Origin: Pelomyxa schiedti
Taxonomy: Eukaryota; Protista; Evosea
NCBI GenBank assembly: GCA_020536535.1
Contig: JAHLWZ010000626.1
Span: 62,001 to 126,000 of the forward strand
Direction: 5' to 3'
DNA length: 64,000 nt
The notes beneath the pieces were generated by a model. It saw only the letters and a list, made by a program, of their open reading frames with translations. It did not search any database and had not been told where the DNA came from. This document shows positions 48,487-60,375 of the stretch, piece after piece (within the stretch, counting starts at the first letter, position 1; every line of letters begins with the position of its first letter). The translations under genes and the position numbers were made by a program.

Positions 48487-48575
48487 CGCCCGTTTTTTTT
48501 TTGTTTGATGTTTTGTTTGTTTTTAAAGTCTGGCGTGGAGTATGGTGTGAATTTTGAATGGTTTGGTGTTGACAA

Positions 48576-51500
48576 TCAACAGTTGAGGTTCTGGGGATCC
48601 TGATGGTGCAAGCTTGGTTCTGGTTCAGAGGGGGGGTTGGTGTTTTCTTCTGTGTGGGAGGTGGACATCACAGATGTGTCTTCAGTGGAATCCACTTTTA
48701 CCCACTGGTCTCGGCCAAGAGTCCCAATGGAGCTTTCTCCTTCCTCTATCAAGTTATGTACATAGTCTGTCTTGTCCTGTGACATGTCGGCAATGGAATC
48801 GGCGGCGGCTTCGCAGCAAAAATGGTGTGTAGGGCTTTGGTCTGGGTGAGGACCCTCTATCTTTTCTGTTGGTGGTTCTGTTGGTAGAAGTTCAGGTGTG
48901 TTGACAATGCCTCTCTCCTCTTCTTTCGGGATAATGGTTGGAGAGTGCGGAGGTGTGGAAGTGGGAGAGGGGGTAGCAACCGGAATGGGAGAGTGCGGAG
49001 GTGTGGATGTGGGAGTTGGAGTAGCCTCGGGATGGGACTGTTCTTCCTGCGGTGATGGGTATGTGTAGTAGGGGTTACTGGTTGGAGTCATTGGACTTGG
49101 TGTTTTTGGCGAAATGGGCAAAGAGCTGCTGGAGTTTGTGCTGATTGGGGAGACTGGCTCTTCTGTGATTGGGTCGTCGGCCATTGGAGAAGGTTCTTCG
49201 TGGATGTTAAGAGATATTTTGGAGGAATCCATTGGTGTAGTTATGATAAATATTCGGTTCCCTGGAGATGTAACAGTATACTCGGCTGGAGATGTTACAT
49301 TGTCAGGTTTATCGTCGGCAAGATCAGTTCCGGGGGTTGTTGAATTCTTCAAGGCCTCAAGTTTACGAGCTCTTCTTTTGGCCCGTTGGGCTCTGAGTAC
49401 TTTTTCAGGATCAGGCCACGAAAAACGCGGCTTCTCTGGAGGAGGTTCTGACACAGAGGAACCAGAAACTACGGAAGTGGACGTGGTCGAGGTGGTGTTA
49501 GACTGTGGAACATCTTGTTTAGCACCAGCATCAAGGACAACTGATTTTGGGTCCTCTTCTGCTGAAGAAGAGTCCGAATCTGATGAAGACGACGAAGACG
49601 AACATGAAGATGAAGAGGAAGAGGAAGATGGCGAAGATGGAGAAGATGGCCTTGTGGGTGGTAAAGAGGAAGAAGGAGAAGATGGTAGTGGACCATCTAC
49701 CGAACCTCCATTCTTTGGGGCTCCTAGATAACCCCGGCAATTTGCAGCACCACAGCGACACGCTTGTTTGCACACACCAATGCGCTCAAACTGATAATCG
49801 AATGTTAACTCAGAGCCAGCAGGTATGTATTGCATTGCAAAAATTCCAACACAGAGCTCATTAAGCACAGTCCTGTCCATTAAAAACAAGTTAGATTTGC
49901 AGGGATAAAGAAGAGACAAACCACTTCGTTGTTTTACAATTTGGTTGGCAGCTGTGATTCATGAATCTTGCCAAGTTTCCCTTGTGTGACGCATCCAGAC
50001 ACTCATTTGAATCCAGTGATATAAGGTAGAAATTATCGTTTGGTCTATTTAAGAGGTTCTTTAGATGATCTTGTCCAATATAGAGGTACTTGGATCTGCT
50101 TAATCGCTTTTCACTTTCTTGCTTTGTAATGACTTCGCCAACATACTCAATGATGAATTGGCCCGGGAGAATGTCTTGAAGTGTAAGGAGTCCATAACCT
50201 CTCTCTGCTGTCTGTAATAGTATAAAGTCAGAACTGTAAAGGGTGCATTTCTACCTTGAAAGGTATAACCACCACATATTCTTTGTTTTGAAATCTTCTA
50301 TTTGTGCACTTATCTTTGCATGGGCAAAGCTCGGCAAAGCATTCATAGTGCATGGCCCTGAAAAATGTGAATTTTTGAACTTCTTCTTCTGAGAATACCT
50401 ATTTATACAGGAAGCTCCACAACAAGGCTCGCCTTGGATTGGAGTACAACCACAGACCGTCAAGCCATCACTTTCATTTTTTCTTTGACGGTGATTGTAC
50501 AAATCTGCACATAGATGGCTTAGTCAGGAAGGACACTCTGGTTTTTGACAAGAATAGATTCTGTGATACTTGTTGTAATATATTGGAATGCAAAACTTCT
50601 ATCACCATCATCCCTCATCTCCATAGGTAGTTTTTCACAGATGGGCTGTCCAGATTCAATTTGCACTGGCTCGGGACTGAAGGTGGTAAGAGAAAACACA
50701 GTATGAAGTTGTCTTCATACACATATTTCTTGGACTTTGTTGAGTCCTTTGGCTTTCGTCCCCTCCTAATCTTTTGACTTCTAGGCCTACCTGGTTTTCG
50801 GCGTGTGTGTATCTCTTTATGGGGCTTTCTTCCAGGTTTTTCAATCTTCACTTTGTGTTTCCCTCTTTTTTTCTCTTTGTCATGGTATTTGCTCTTCTCT
50901 TTTTCATAGTGTTTCTTCTTTTTCATTTCTCTCTTAACTTTTGTTTCGTGCACATGGGTCTGATCCTCATCCTCACTCTTTCCTTTGTATTTATCTTTTT
51001 CTTTGTCGCTATCTTTGTTGATATCTTTGTCTTTATCTAACTTCACTTTTTGCTCTCCACCATCAACTTGCTGTGGAGTAGTCCCGTCTCTGCTAGCCTT
51101 CAGACTTGATTTCAGCTCAGGAGTAGTCACAGTAGTGTCTGTGCATTTAGGGATCTCCTTCTTTGCAGTTTCTTCTTTGTTTTCAGTTGCCTTAGTTTCC
51201 TTCTGGTTTGCATCTGTTGCTCCTTTTTTCTCAGGTGTATCGCCCTTATTTTGCGGGTTGTTTGCTTGAGGACCGTTGCTAGGGGATGGTTCACACCTAG
51301 GAGCTTTGTGTGGTGGTTCTGTGGTTTGACTTCCAGGCGGTGAAGCAACTCGTTTCTGAGGCAGGTTGGGTCCATCCTCCCCTGCAGTTGATGATTTTAT
51401 TGGGAGATGTGCAATGTGTGGCTTAGTGACTGTATGGGATGTTGCTAATGTTTTGGAGGGAGGAGCACAGTGCTTAGGTAGGATGAGTGACATTGGTTTC

Positions 51501-52118
51501 AGGTTAGGTGGTGCAGGTGGCTTGGTAGCAGTGCCTGATGTATTTGGTTTACTTGGAGGAACGGTCTTGACGTTGGTTGTAGAGCTTAGATTTGATTTAA
51601 CTGTGGTGTTAGTGTGAGTTGATTGTGTGGCATTTAGTGGTTTTTTGTCGCATTTGGTATCTGTGGGTTTACATGATGGCAGTGGTTTGCTGGAGGGAGG
51701 TTTTGTGGTTGTTGGGTGTGTAGAACTAGTGTGTGCCTTCGTGTCAGAAGACGACGGTTTTGTGGGTAACTTGGTCTTGTCAAGCTGGCCCACTGCCTTT
51801 GCCTACATCATGTAACCATAAAAAGGGGGAAGGGGGAGGAAGGAAAACAGAATAAGTGCTAACAGTGGAGGAAGAGGTAGCACCAGCAGCGACCGTAGAC
51901 GCCAATGTCGAAGAAGTAGAAGTAGTTGACGTGGCAGCGACCCGAGGTCGTTTAGGCATAGACTTCCTGTCATCTGACGCAGGCTTAGACGTGGCCAACG
52001 GCACCATGTCATCAGTGATCCTGCGAGGGTGCTCGCTGTGTACGTGAGCGGGAGGCGGCGGTTTGTTGTTGGCGTTGTTGTTGTTACTAGTGGAAGCTTT
52101 GTAGGCCTGCTCTGTCAT
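48576..52118 (-). CDS. Set2/ASH1-type H3K36 histone methyltransferase (AWS-SET-postSET)
   Basis: CGCTP...CCGASCINR, RGYGL, FIIEYVGEVI, LDASHKGNLARFMNHSCQPNC, GSELTFDYQF, CRCGAANCRGYLG; Lys-rich N-terminus and Ser/Pro-rich C-terminus. Confidence 0.9.
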
Positions 52119-52333
52119 GAACGATTTAAGACTTTCGTTTGCAGCCTGCTTGCACGGCCTGACGTGTCTCTGCCAACTTTTTTTTTTTTGGTTTTTTTTA
52201 GAGGAGGGCGAGACGAACAACAAAATGTCACAGTAAATAAAAGCGATGCACGGGACACAGCGAAAGACACTAACCACACCTCATCGATCGTGCTAATGAT
52301 CACGACGCAAAAGAAAGGACCAATTCCGAACAG

Positions 52334-54288
52334 ATGGAATCAAACGTAGTACACGAGTTTAGTCTTATAATTTTTTTATGTTTGTAGATCTCAGGAAGAG
52401 GCACAGAAACGCTTCACGAGTTCGTAAATGACAACTTAGCTACCCGGATCACCTGTCAAATACCTCAGACCCAAGAAAAGGGAGCCACTTCCATAAAAAA
52501 AAAGAAACACGAAAGAACGAAGCACCTCAGGTTCACGACGGAGGACAGGTCGGTGGGCTTACTGCCGGCACCAGCAGCATTACCGGCACATAGAGAAGGA
52601 AAATCGACAAGTCTGGAGGCGAGAGGAACAAGATGCGGGTGCTGTTGTGAGTGCTTGTGCTGTTGCTGCCCACGTGGTGCTATTTTGTCTCCAAAGAAGT
52701 GGGGAATCAATTGCGTGTGCAGTTGTTTGACACGTTCTGCTATTTGCTTCGGGCTTCTGCTTTTCTTGCTTGTATTTGGCTTAATGGTAGTTGTCACTTC
52801 CGGACCACAGCCTCGCACAGTGTATGACAATGCGAGATACGCTGCCTTAACAGCGGGCATGTACATCACTTACACAACACGGCCGTATGTTTCATTCCTA
52901 CAACTGCATCTGCCTTACCGCGCCCCGCTTAGATTATGGGATACCTTCAAAGGCCCCTACCTTCCCAACGGGTCACCTCTAGAAGGTTCGGGGTCAATTG
53001 TACTACCACACTTCCACCAGGAAGGTGTGCATGCGAAAGATTTGTGCGCATTGCACGGCTGGCAGCAGTAAATCCTCTTATACGAGACTGTATTGACTAA
53101 ACTCAATTGCAGATTCAACCAATCCAAGAATACACGCAAAATTGTGGACGCTGTTGTCTTCGCATCGGAACTAGATTTGTGAGTTAATTCTCCTCATTAT
53201 TCTCATTATTGTATCTTGTTTTCTCTCTCCTTAATATTTTCATTTGCCCTCGATCCTCATTATTCAAGTCTCAGAATCGTTGTATAGACTTGAGATTCGA
53301 CTTATTGAGTTGTGGGATGTAATAGACTTATTTGTTATCCTGGAATCTCCGGTGACTTTTACTGGTACAGTTCGGGTACTTCTGTGTCCACTGATGTTCA
53401 CAGGTCTTCAGAAACCACTTGTGTTAGAAGAAAACAGAGCACGTTTTGAATGGGCTTTCTCTTCCGGAAAAATAAAATACATTGTTGCTCAGTCACTTGC
53501 TCCTCTAACTGAGGGTGAATCTCCTTTCAACAACGAGAGAAGAATGAGAGCAGAAATGTCTTCTATTCTGGACAGAATACTGAGGCCTGGGGATGTTGTG
53601 CGTTTGCACGGCGCGTTGGGTCTTCATTTACCCATTTTCAGTATTTCTCGTCTGATATAGATGAAATCCCCTACCACTACACAGTCGATCTATTTCGGTC
53701 TTGCACAGGCTATCCTACTCACATCCAACTACAAATGCAGTCCTTCCGTTACTCCCTAGAGTTTCCCATACCCTATGATGTGGACTCCAAGCCATCTGCC
53801 AGGGTTTATCTGAAATCAGGTGCATCCCTCTCTGGGGTAGTTGCAGATGGAACAATCATTCCCGCTGGACAGGGGAGAGTGGGTGGCTCGACATACTGTC
53901 GGCACGCTTGCTTATCATTGTATGCTCTTGCCGACAGCGGGTGGCATTGTTCTTGGTGTTTTCGAACACTAGCTGAGTTTCAGTTCAAGATGGATTCTTA
54001 CTCACATGCCGACAGGGTGAGACATCCTTCCTTTCTCAATCCAGCCCGAATCCAAGTATGTACCCGGCACCAGTACTATTCCGCTCAAACACAGCTCCCC
54101 TGCAGGACATCATATGCCATGGAGGAGAAATTTTTGATATGCTGCCTGAAGCCTACACATTCTGGGAGTTGTTTGCCCAACGCGGGAATCTACTTCGTTC
54201 GCAATCAGCCACCCACATCCCTCTCGGTGTCAGCCAGAACCCACAAACCTACAAATTCATGTTGCCGGGGGGCTGCCTTCGCCCCTAG
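52334..54288 (+). CDS. MGAT3: Glycosyltransferase family 17 (beta-1,4-GlcNAc transferase III / MGAT3-like)
   Basis: Type II TM anchor; RKIVDAVVFASELD..LEIRLIEL..VDLFVILES..TFTG..KPL, NNERRMR, ISDIDEIP, GWHCSWCFRTL..FKMDSYSHADR, DMLPEAYTF. Confidence 0.9.
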
Positions 54289-54336
54289 GGCATTTGTTCC
54301 ATCAACTTTTTCCCAAGTTCATCACGCACGAAACAA

Positions 54337-55982
54337 ATGTCTCTTGAACAAGCTGAACAAGGGAGTGCCGCCACCCCCAGCACGGCCGCCGAATACACCC
54401 ACAAGGAGGCGGAGTCATTGCCCATGATTGCCACCACCATGCCGTCTGCGACCACTTCCACTACAGCGACAACCACAACCACAACTACAACCACAGATAC
54501 AACCAGCAGCTCAAGCACCAATTTCCACTGGAGTTGCGAACCTGTGGTCAGTGGAAGTGGGGGGAATGGTGGGGCCTCCTCGAGTCCAGTAACGGGGAGC
54601 AGCGAAAAGAGCAGTGCTGTGGATTTGGTTGCGGTCGGGAAGGGAGGCGGGGCCGGGGTCATTAAGCCCGCGGATCCAATGAGGCCCTTTGTAATACTGG
54701 TAGCGAGGCACGGGCACAAGTACAAACCAAGGGAGTCATCCAATTCTGTGCTTTCAGAGGTAGGTGGGGCTGCTTTGATTAAAGTTGCTTGGCTATTTAA
54801 TTCCTTGGAACTAGCTAATTGACTAGGCTCCTTTAGAATTTAATAGAAAGTAATAACATGAAAAGAGGGGCAAACAGCAAGCAGAACTACTTGGTGTGCA
54901 CATAGAAAAAACTTTCGCATTTTCAGTTGATTGTATATTTGCTTCACCCTTGGCTCGAACAATACAGACTGCTATGTTGATTCACAAGGTAGTTAAAAGG
55001 ACCTGAATTGCCTATTTGTTAATAGGTTAACAGGGCTTGAAGAAACGGAAGCCAAAAATATGCATCGAAGGCGGGCTTATTGAGCACTCTCCAAAAACTT
55101 CTTTGTGGAGATTCTCAACTACAGCTAACAGAGCCACGGAGACAAAATCAGTACCAACACCTGTAAATAGTTTGGGCATCACTACACCGATTCCCACTGC
55201 AACTAATACCGAAGTTACTCCATTGCCACCTAAACCAATTCCCATGACCCCTGCTTCCCAGGCGGCAACAACAAGCACACCAACCCAAGCAACCACAACT
55301 ACATTATCTCAGACTTCCTCTGTCGGAACATCAAAGCCCAAGACAGTTGTCGAAAATCCCCTTTCCATTTTGAACTTATCTGCAGAAGAAGGTATCACTG
55401 AATAATACACAATTCCAAAGAACTAACAACAACAAAAAGAGCAGGTTCTGGATCACACTTATATGTCTAAAGGGAGTACAAGTTCCCATGCAGAAAGTGC
55501 CCTTACTGTTCTAGATCGAGTAAAAATGACACTTCGCCTTATTTTGCAGTGCCACAGTAGCACACCAATCCCTGATAGCGCTCCTACCTCAACGGAGACC
55601 ACAGAAAGTTCTGCTCCGAAAAAGCCTTCTTGCTTTTTGATTGTTGGCCACGCCGCCACGGTTACTCCTCCACCCACTACTTAATTCAGAAACTATTTTA
55701 ACAATCCAACAACTCATAACACACAAAACCAAGGTCATTGCATGTGTGCATGCACTTACAAACACAAATTCTGGTGTGCCTTGCCAAATGGCCAGCCTGC
55801 AGGTACTGGTGTGGCTACCACATGAACAAAGATGGGAATGGACAAACCAGGGTGACATCACTGCATGGGAAAAAGAACTGAGTTATGGATACGTGGACAT
55901 GTTCAGCTCGGTAAAAAAAAGAAACAAAACAAAAACCATCTTCTCTATTACTAATGGCGAGTTTAGGTTTGGAGTAACTTGA
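54337..55982 (+). CDS. Histidine phosphatase (phosphoglycerate mutase-like) with a Thr/Pro-rich insertion
   Basis: VILVARHG, IFASPLARTIQTA, ICIEGGLIE, LIVGHAAT. Confidence 0.8.
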
Positions 55983-56056
55983 AAGCCTGGGGTTATGTAT
56001 AAAGGCTGGTTTTAACAATAAATAATTTGGTGTTGAGGATGATGGCAAACGAATGC

Positions 56057-59000
56057 CTATTGCAAGAGAATGGCCTCGATTGAGGGGTCTGAGGGTAATA
56101 GTGCCTCATTGACATCGTCTATGTCACTGTCGGACATTTCAAGATTGGAGCTTCCTCCAACGTTGTCTGTTTGGTGTGCATAAGTGAAGTTACCACTCTC
56201 CTGACTTGTATTGACAGAGACAGAGGGAGGGAGGGGAGAGTTGAGTTGTTGTAGTTCCTGGTTGCTGCCGCAAATGGGAGAGGTGGCTTGACACATGGCT
56301 TTCAGTCGCTCCAGGTTTTGGAGAACTTGGGAGAAGTTGGGCCTTTTTGGTTTGATGTTTTCCTTGAGTGAAGAATGGAAAGGACCAGGGCACACCTCAT
56401 TTCTGGTTCTTCAGCCCAACATTCCTTAGCAACCTTTGAATAGGGGGAAGGAACTTCAGGGGGGAAGGTTGGCCTGAGCCCCTCATTCGCAACACCAAAA
56501 ATGACCATGTATGGGGACATGCCATCATATGGTTCTTGTCGTGTGACACATTCAAACATTACAATCCCAAAACTATCAGCAAGTAAAAACAGAAAAAAAA
56601 TGAATACCACCTACCTATATATGTCCACCTGCATTGTATAATGCATCCGGCGTAGAACTTCTGGTGCGGTCTTAATTGTCCATTAGTGTAAAGTGAGTGT
56701 CTGGGCATACCCAGCTAGGAGTCCCGCAAGCAGTTAAGGCTTGAGAAGGACTGGAAAGGATGGCACTTAACCCAAAATCGCACACTTTTACTTTCCAGTG
56801 CTCATCAACAAGTAAATTATGGCTCTTGAGGTCCTGTGCTGTATTAGCCAATACCTTACAGATGAACTCACATACCCGGTGGATTATAGGGGGAGAACAA
56901 CTGTGAAGATAAAGGCAGCCTTTGGCAGCATCTATGAGCAAACGCAAAGCTAAGCTCCTACACAATAGTAATTGAATAAAATAAATGTGCAGGTTGGGTT
57001 TGTGCTCACAGATTCATAGGAAGTTGGGGATTGTGCAGGATGCTGTACAGGCTTCCACGGCACATAAACTCCATGGCAAGGCAAATGTCAGGTGGAGCCA
57101 TGCAACAACCAAAAAATTGCAGCACATTGGGATGAGTCAAAGACCTGAGATGATGAGATTTTGTTGTGAATATTAGTCTACCTCATTATAGAGACCTCTT
57201 TTCTGAATTCTTTCATGAGATCGCTACTTAGGCAACTGGATGGAAGCTTTTTAATAGCAATAGTTACCCCTTTCCATTTTGCTTTATACACCTAAGCTAG
57301 TGGTAACTATGGAGCCGAGATGGGGGGAGTGTACTTGGCCAAATGTTCCTGTTCCTATTACACTTCCAATGTGTATGTCTCCCATATCGAGTTCTTCATT
57401 TGCTTCTAATGATTGCTTGTGAAACGCACACTGGAAGTATCTTGGTACCTAGTTTTTCGTGGGGCCCAGATTTTTTAAAAAATCTGCGGATGATGAAAAT
57501 CACCATCAAGACCATGCAGATAAACGCTATGCACGCTAACGCAAAAATGACCCAGACGAGCTTTCCTTGGAAGCGAGACTCTAGATGGTACTCAGCTAAA
57601 GGCTGAAGAAAAATGGAGTATACCAGATTGATACGTAAACTCAATGGGGAGTGAAAACTGTTGGGCATTTAAGCTTAAGGATAAGTTCGTAGTCTCATAG
57701 GCGCTCCACTGTGGACTTGAGCATACAACTTCACCTGCTTGGGTAAAACTTGGGGGATAAGGAGAAAAAGTCTCTACAAAGAATACATACAAGCCAATAA
57801 CCAGTATAGAATAATTTTGGGAAAAAAATTTACAACGTATGAAAGGCTCAGTGTCGATGATATTTTCTCCAAAAATGGTCAAATTGGTGCCCCCAGTGAG
57901 GCTATCACTGTCTGGGGATACCTCCGTCAATTCCACATCATCTGTTCAGCAGTTTAAGTGGAATGAATGATAAAAAAAAAAAAAAAAGGACTCACTATAG
58001 AACTGGTATTTCACCGATCCACGCTTATTGATGCTGAGAAGTTGAAATGAGAGTGGAAAAAAGGACTTACCACCTCACTGCGATTCACAGCTTTTGGGTA
58101 ACTTACAGTAAAATTTACATTAGAGGCAGTATGTGATGGTGCTATGCACTGTAATTCTGAGGAGGAAAGATATGTGGCCGGCACTTGGCAAATAGTAAGA
58201 AGAAAAAGGATTGGGACGTGCGCCTACCAGAATAATCCCCAAAGTGGCAAACAGGAGAAAAGTCAACAAATGCTGCACCGAATACTTGGACAATAGTCGA
58301 CCCTCCAGTGGGACCACAACTAGGGTTTAATGCTGTCACGAGTGTCGGACTGAAGGAATATTGAAGTGTTACAAGGATGTAACTAATACAAATTTCGTTG
58401 TTGTAAATTAGCACCTGCAAAGTAACTTATAAGCCCGAGAACATAAAAGAAAGACAGAACCTGCAGCTCATTGAAACCACTACTGTTGTAGGCAGGCCAA
58501 CCGTTTGGGGTGTTTCGCTCTAGCTCTGCCTGTATTTAAAGTTATTCTTCACCAAGAAGAATTGGGTATGCCATTGTAACACAGTTTCCACAAGTACAGG
58601 AAGTTACAGGTAGAACAACAGTATCAACTTGATATTGTTGAAGTTCAATGTTAATCTGACATGTGTTAGGAGTCAAAAGAATAACGGAAAACAACCTTGG
58701 CCGGGCTTGGGTCCGTAGTGTCACAACCAAATGTTCCATAGACATCCAAAGTGACTCGTGTCACCTTAGACCCAATTGGGGTGGGGTCCATGAAATACTT
58801 CACCCCTTCGTCCCAGCCTCTGTGGAAAGGTTGGTGGATGCGGTGTAAGTAAGCAAGTTACACACTCGGAAGAGCTGCAGGCGTAACCGGAAGTATAATT
58901 CCCACTTTCACAAGACGGACAAACAGTACCCCCGTTCTTGTTGATTTTCGTTGGAATTTATCGCGAAAGTGAGGGTAGTTTACCCAGTAAACGGTCGCAT

Positions 59001-59094
59001 AAGCCAGATAGCCGCTGGCCGAATGGAAACAATACGCACAAAGCAACAAGATCCACAAACAACGCCACACAGACGACAACTTCTTCCCACTCAT
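56057..59094 (-). CDS. Receptor-like TKL kinase with two extracellular IPT/TIG domains (Dictyostelium DrkA-like)
   Basis: Signal peptide; [19 protein letters not shown] and [22 protein letters not shown] motifs; [25 protein letters not shown]; [41 protein letters not shown]. Confidence 0.9.
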
Positions 59095-59262
59095 CACGTA
59101 TTAACGCCACCAGCAAAATTTTGTGTTGTGTTTTTCGCGAGTGTTTACTGTCATCAAAAGCGAATGACAATCTCGCCGGGAAAACATTCACATTTGACCG
59201 ATGCAGATGCCAAGGATCTTGCAGTCAAACGAAAGGAAAAAAACAAAAAAAAACACGAACGA

Positions 59263-60238
59263 ATGAATCACAGTAGCAGCGACGAGGGCCATGGCCACAG
59301 CCCAAAGACGTCGCACAGAGCAGCCAAGAAAATGCTGAGGGCAAAGGCTGTTGCTGCGTCAAAAGGACCATTGGGTGAGATCCCACCGGCGGGGCACGGG
59401 ATGCTGTATACTACCCTCAAAGTGATTGGACTGGTGAGTTTGATACCGATGGTGCTTGGCACGATGTACGCGATGTCGTTTTTCGCGGCGCAGATCGCCG
59501 ACAGGATGTACTTGCTGGCTTACGCGTGGGCGGTGTACACTGCGGTGCTTTGTTTCATCTATTTCTACTGGCGGAAGGCAACGATTACGCTAGAGTCGTT
59601 TTCTACCCAAAACGTTGGCCACTTTGTCATTTCTGTTGGTGCTTACCACTTCTTGAGCATCGCGAATATCCTCCCTGTGCACCACAGAAGGGTTTGTTTT
59701 TGTTGTAGTTATTTTTTCTTGCTTATTCAAACAGGTTGGGATTTATCTCTGGATCACAATCACAATGCTTGCGAACATAGTGATTTTTTTCATTGATGAC
59801 ACTGATTACGCAGCCAAAGAGCGGGAGCAAGCTGAAGAAGACCGCAAAAAAGAAGAAGAAAGGGAGAAGCAGAAGCAAGAGAGGAAGTTGAGTGGAAAAG
59901 TGAAGAAGAAGCCCACCCCGTGGTGGAGAAAGAACAGAACTGTGAGGATCCTTATGGACATTGTTGTCTATGTTGGTGCAGTTGCGATCATTGTGGGAGT
60001 TGTGTGGGCCTGCTACCGGTCTGTGGAAGGGTGGAAAAAGCGAAGAGCAGAGACTATGGGGAAGAGGTACGGCTATGACAGTGATACCGGGCAGGAGTGG
60101 GATGCTGAAAGAATTGTCGAGGAAGAGTGGAAGAACGCCAAACCAGAGGACTTCACAGAGGAAGTAGTTCACAAGGATGAGAATTGGGATGCAGAGAAAG
60201 TACTCCAGAAGATGTTGGAAGAAGACGGCGAACTTTGA
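59263..60238 (+). CDS. Hypothetical multi-pass membrane protein (about 5 TM) with a charged loop and acidic tail
   Basis: ORFs 58951-59796 and 59765-60238 joined by one GT-AG intron at about 59690-59735; hydrophobic helices alternate with an E/K-rich stretch. Confidence 0.6.
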
Positions 60239-60375
60239 TAACACGAAAGAAACCCCCACCACACAATAAATAAAATGTCGCAATATCGCAGTTGCCAGTA
60301 GATTGATTGGATAAACGAGATTAAACAAACATAATTTTCCCCTTCGTACTTTTTTCGTTCCGTTCTGATCGCGAG

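Noticed and set aside
60090-60135. EWDAERIVEEEW resembling the start of a chromodomain
   Set aside because: Too short, the remaining chromodomain aromatic cage and helix are absent, and it lies in the acidic tail of a membrane protein
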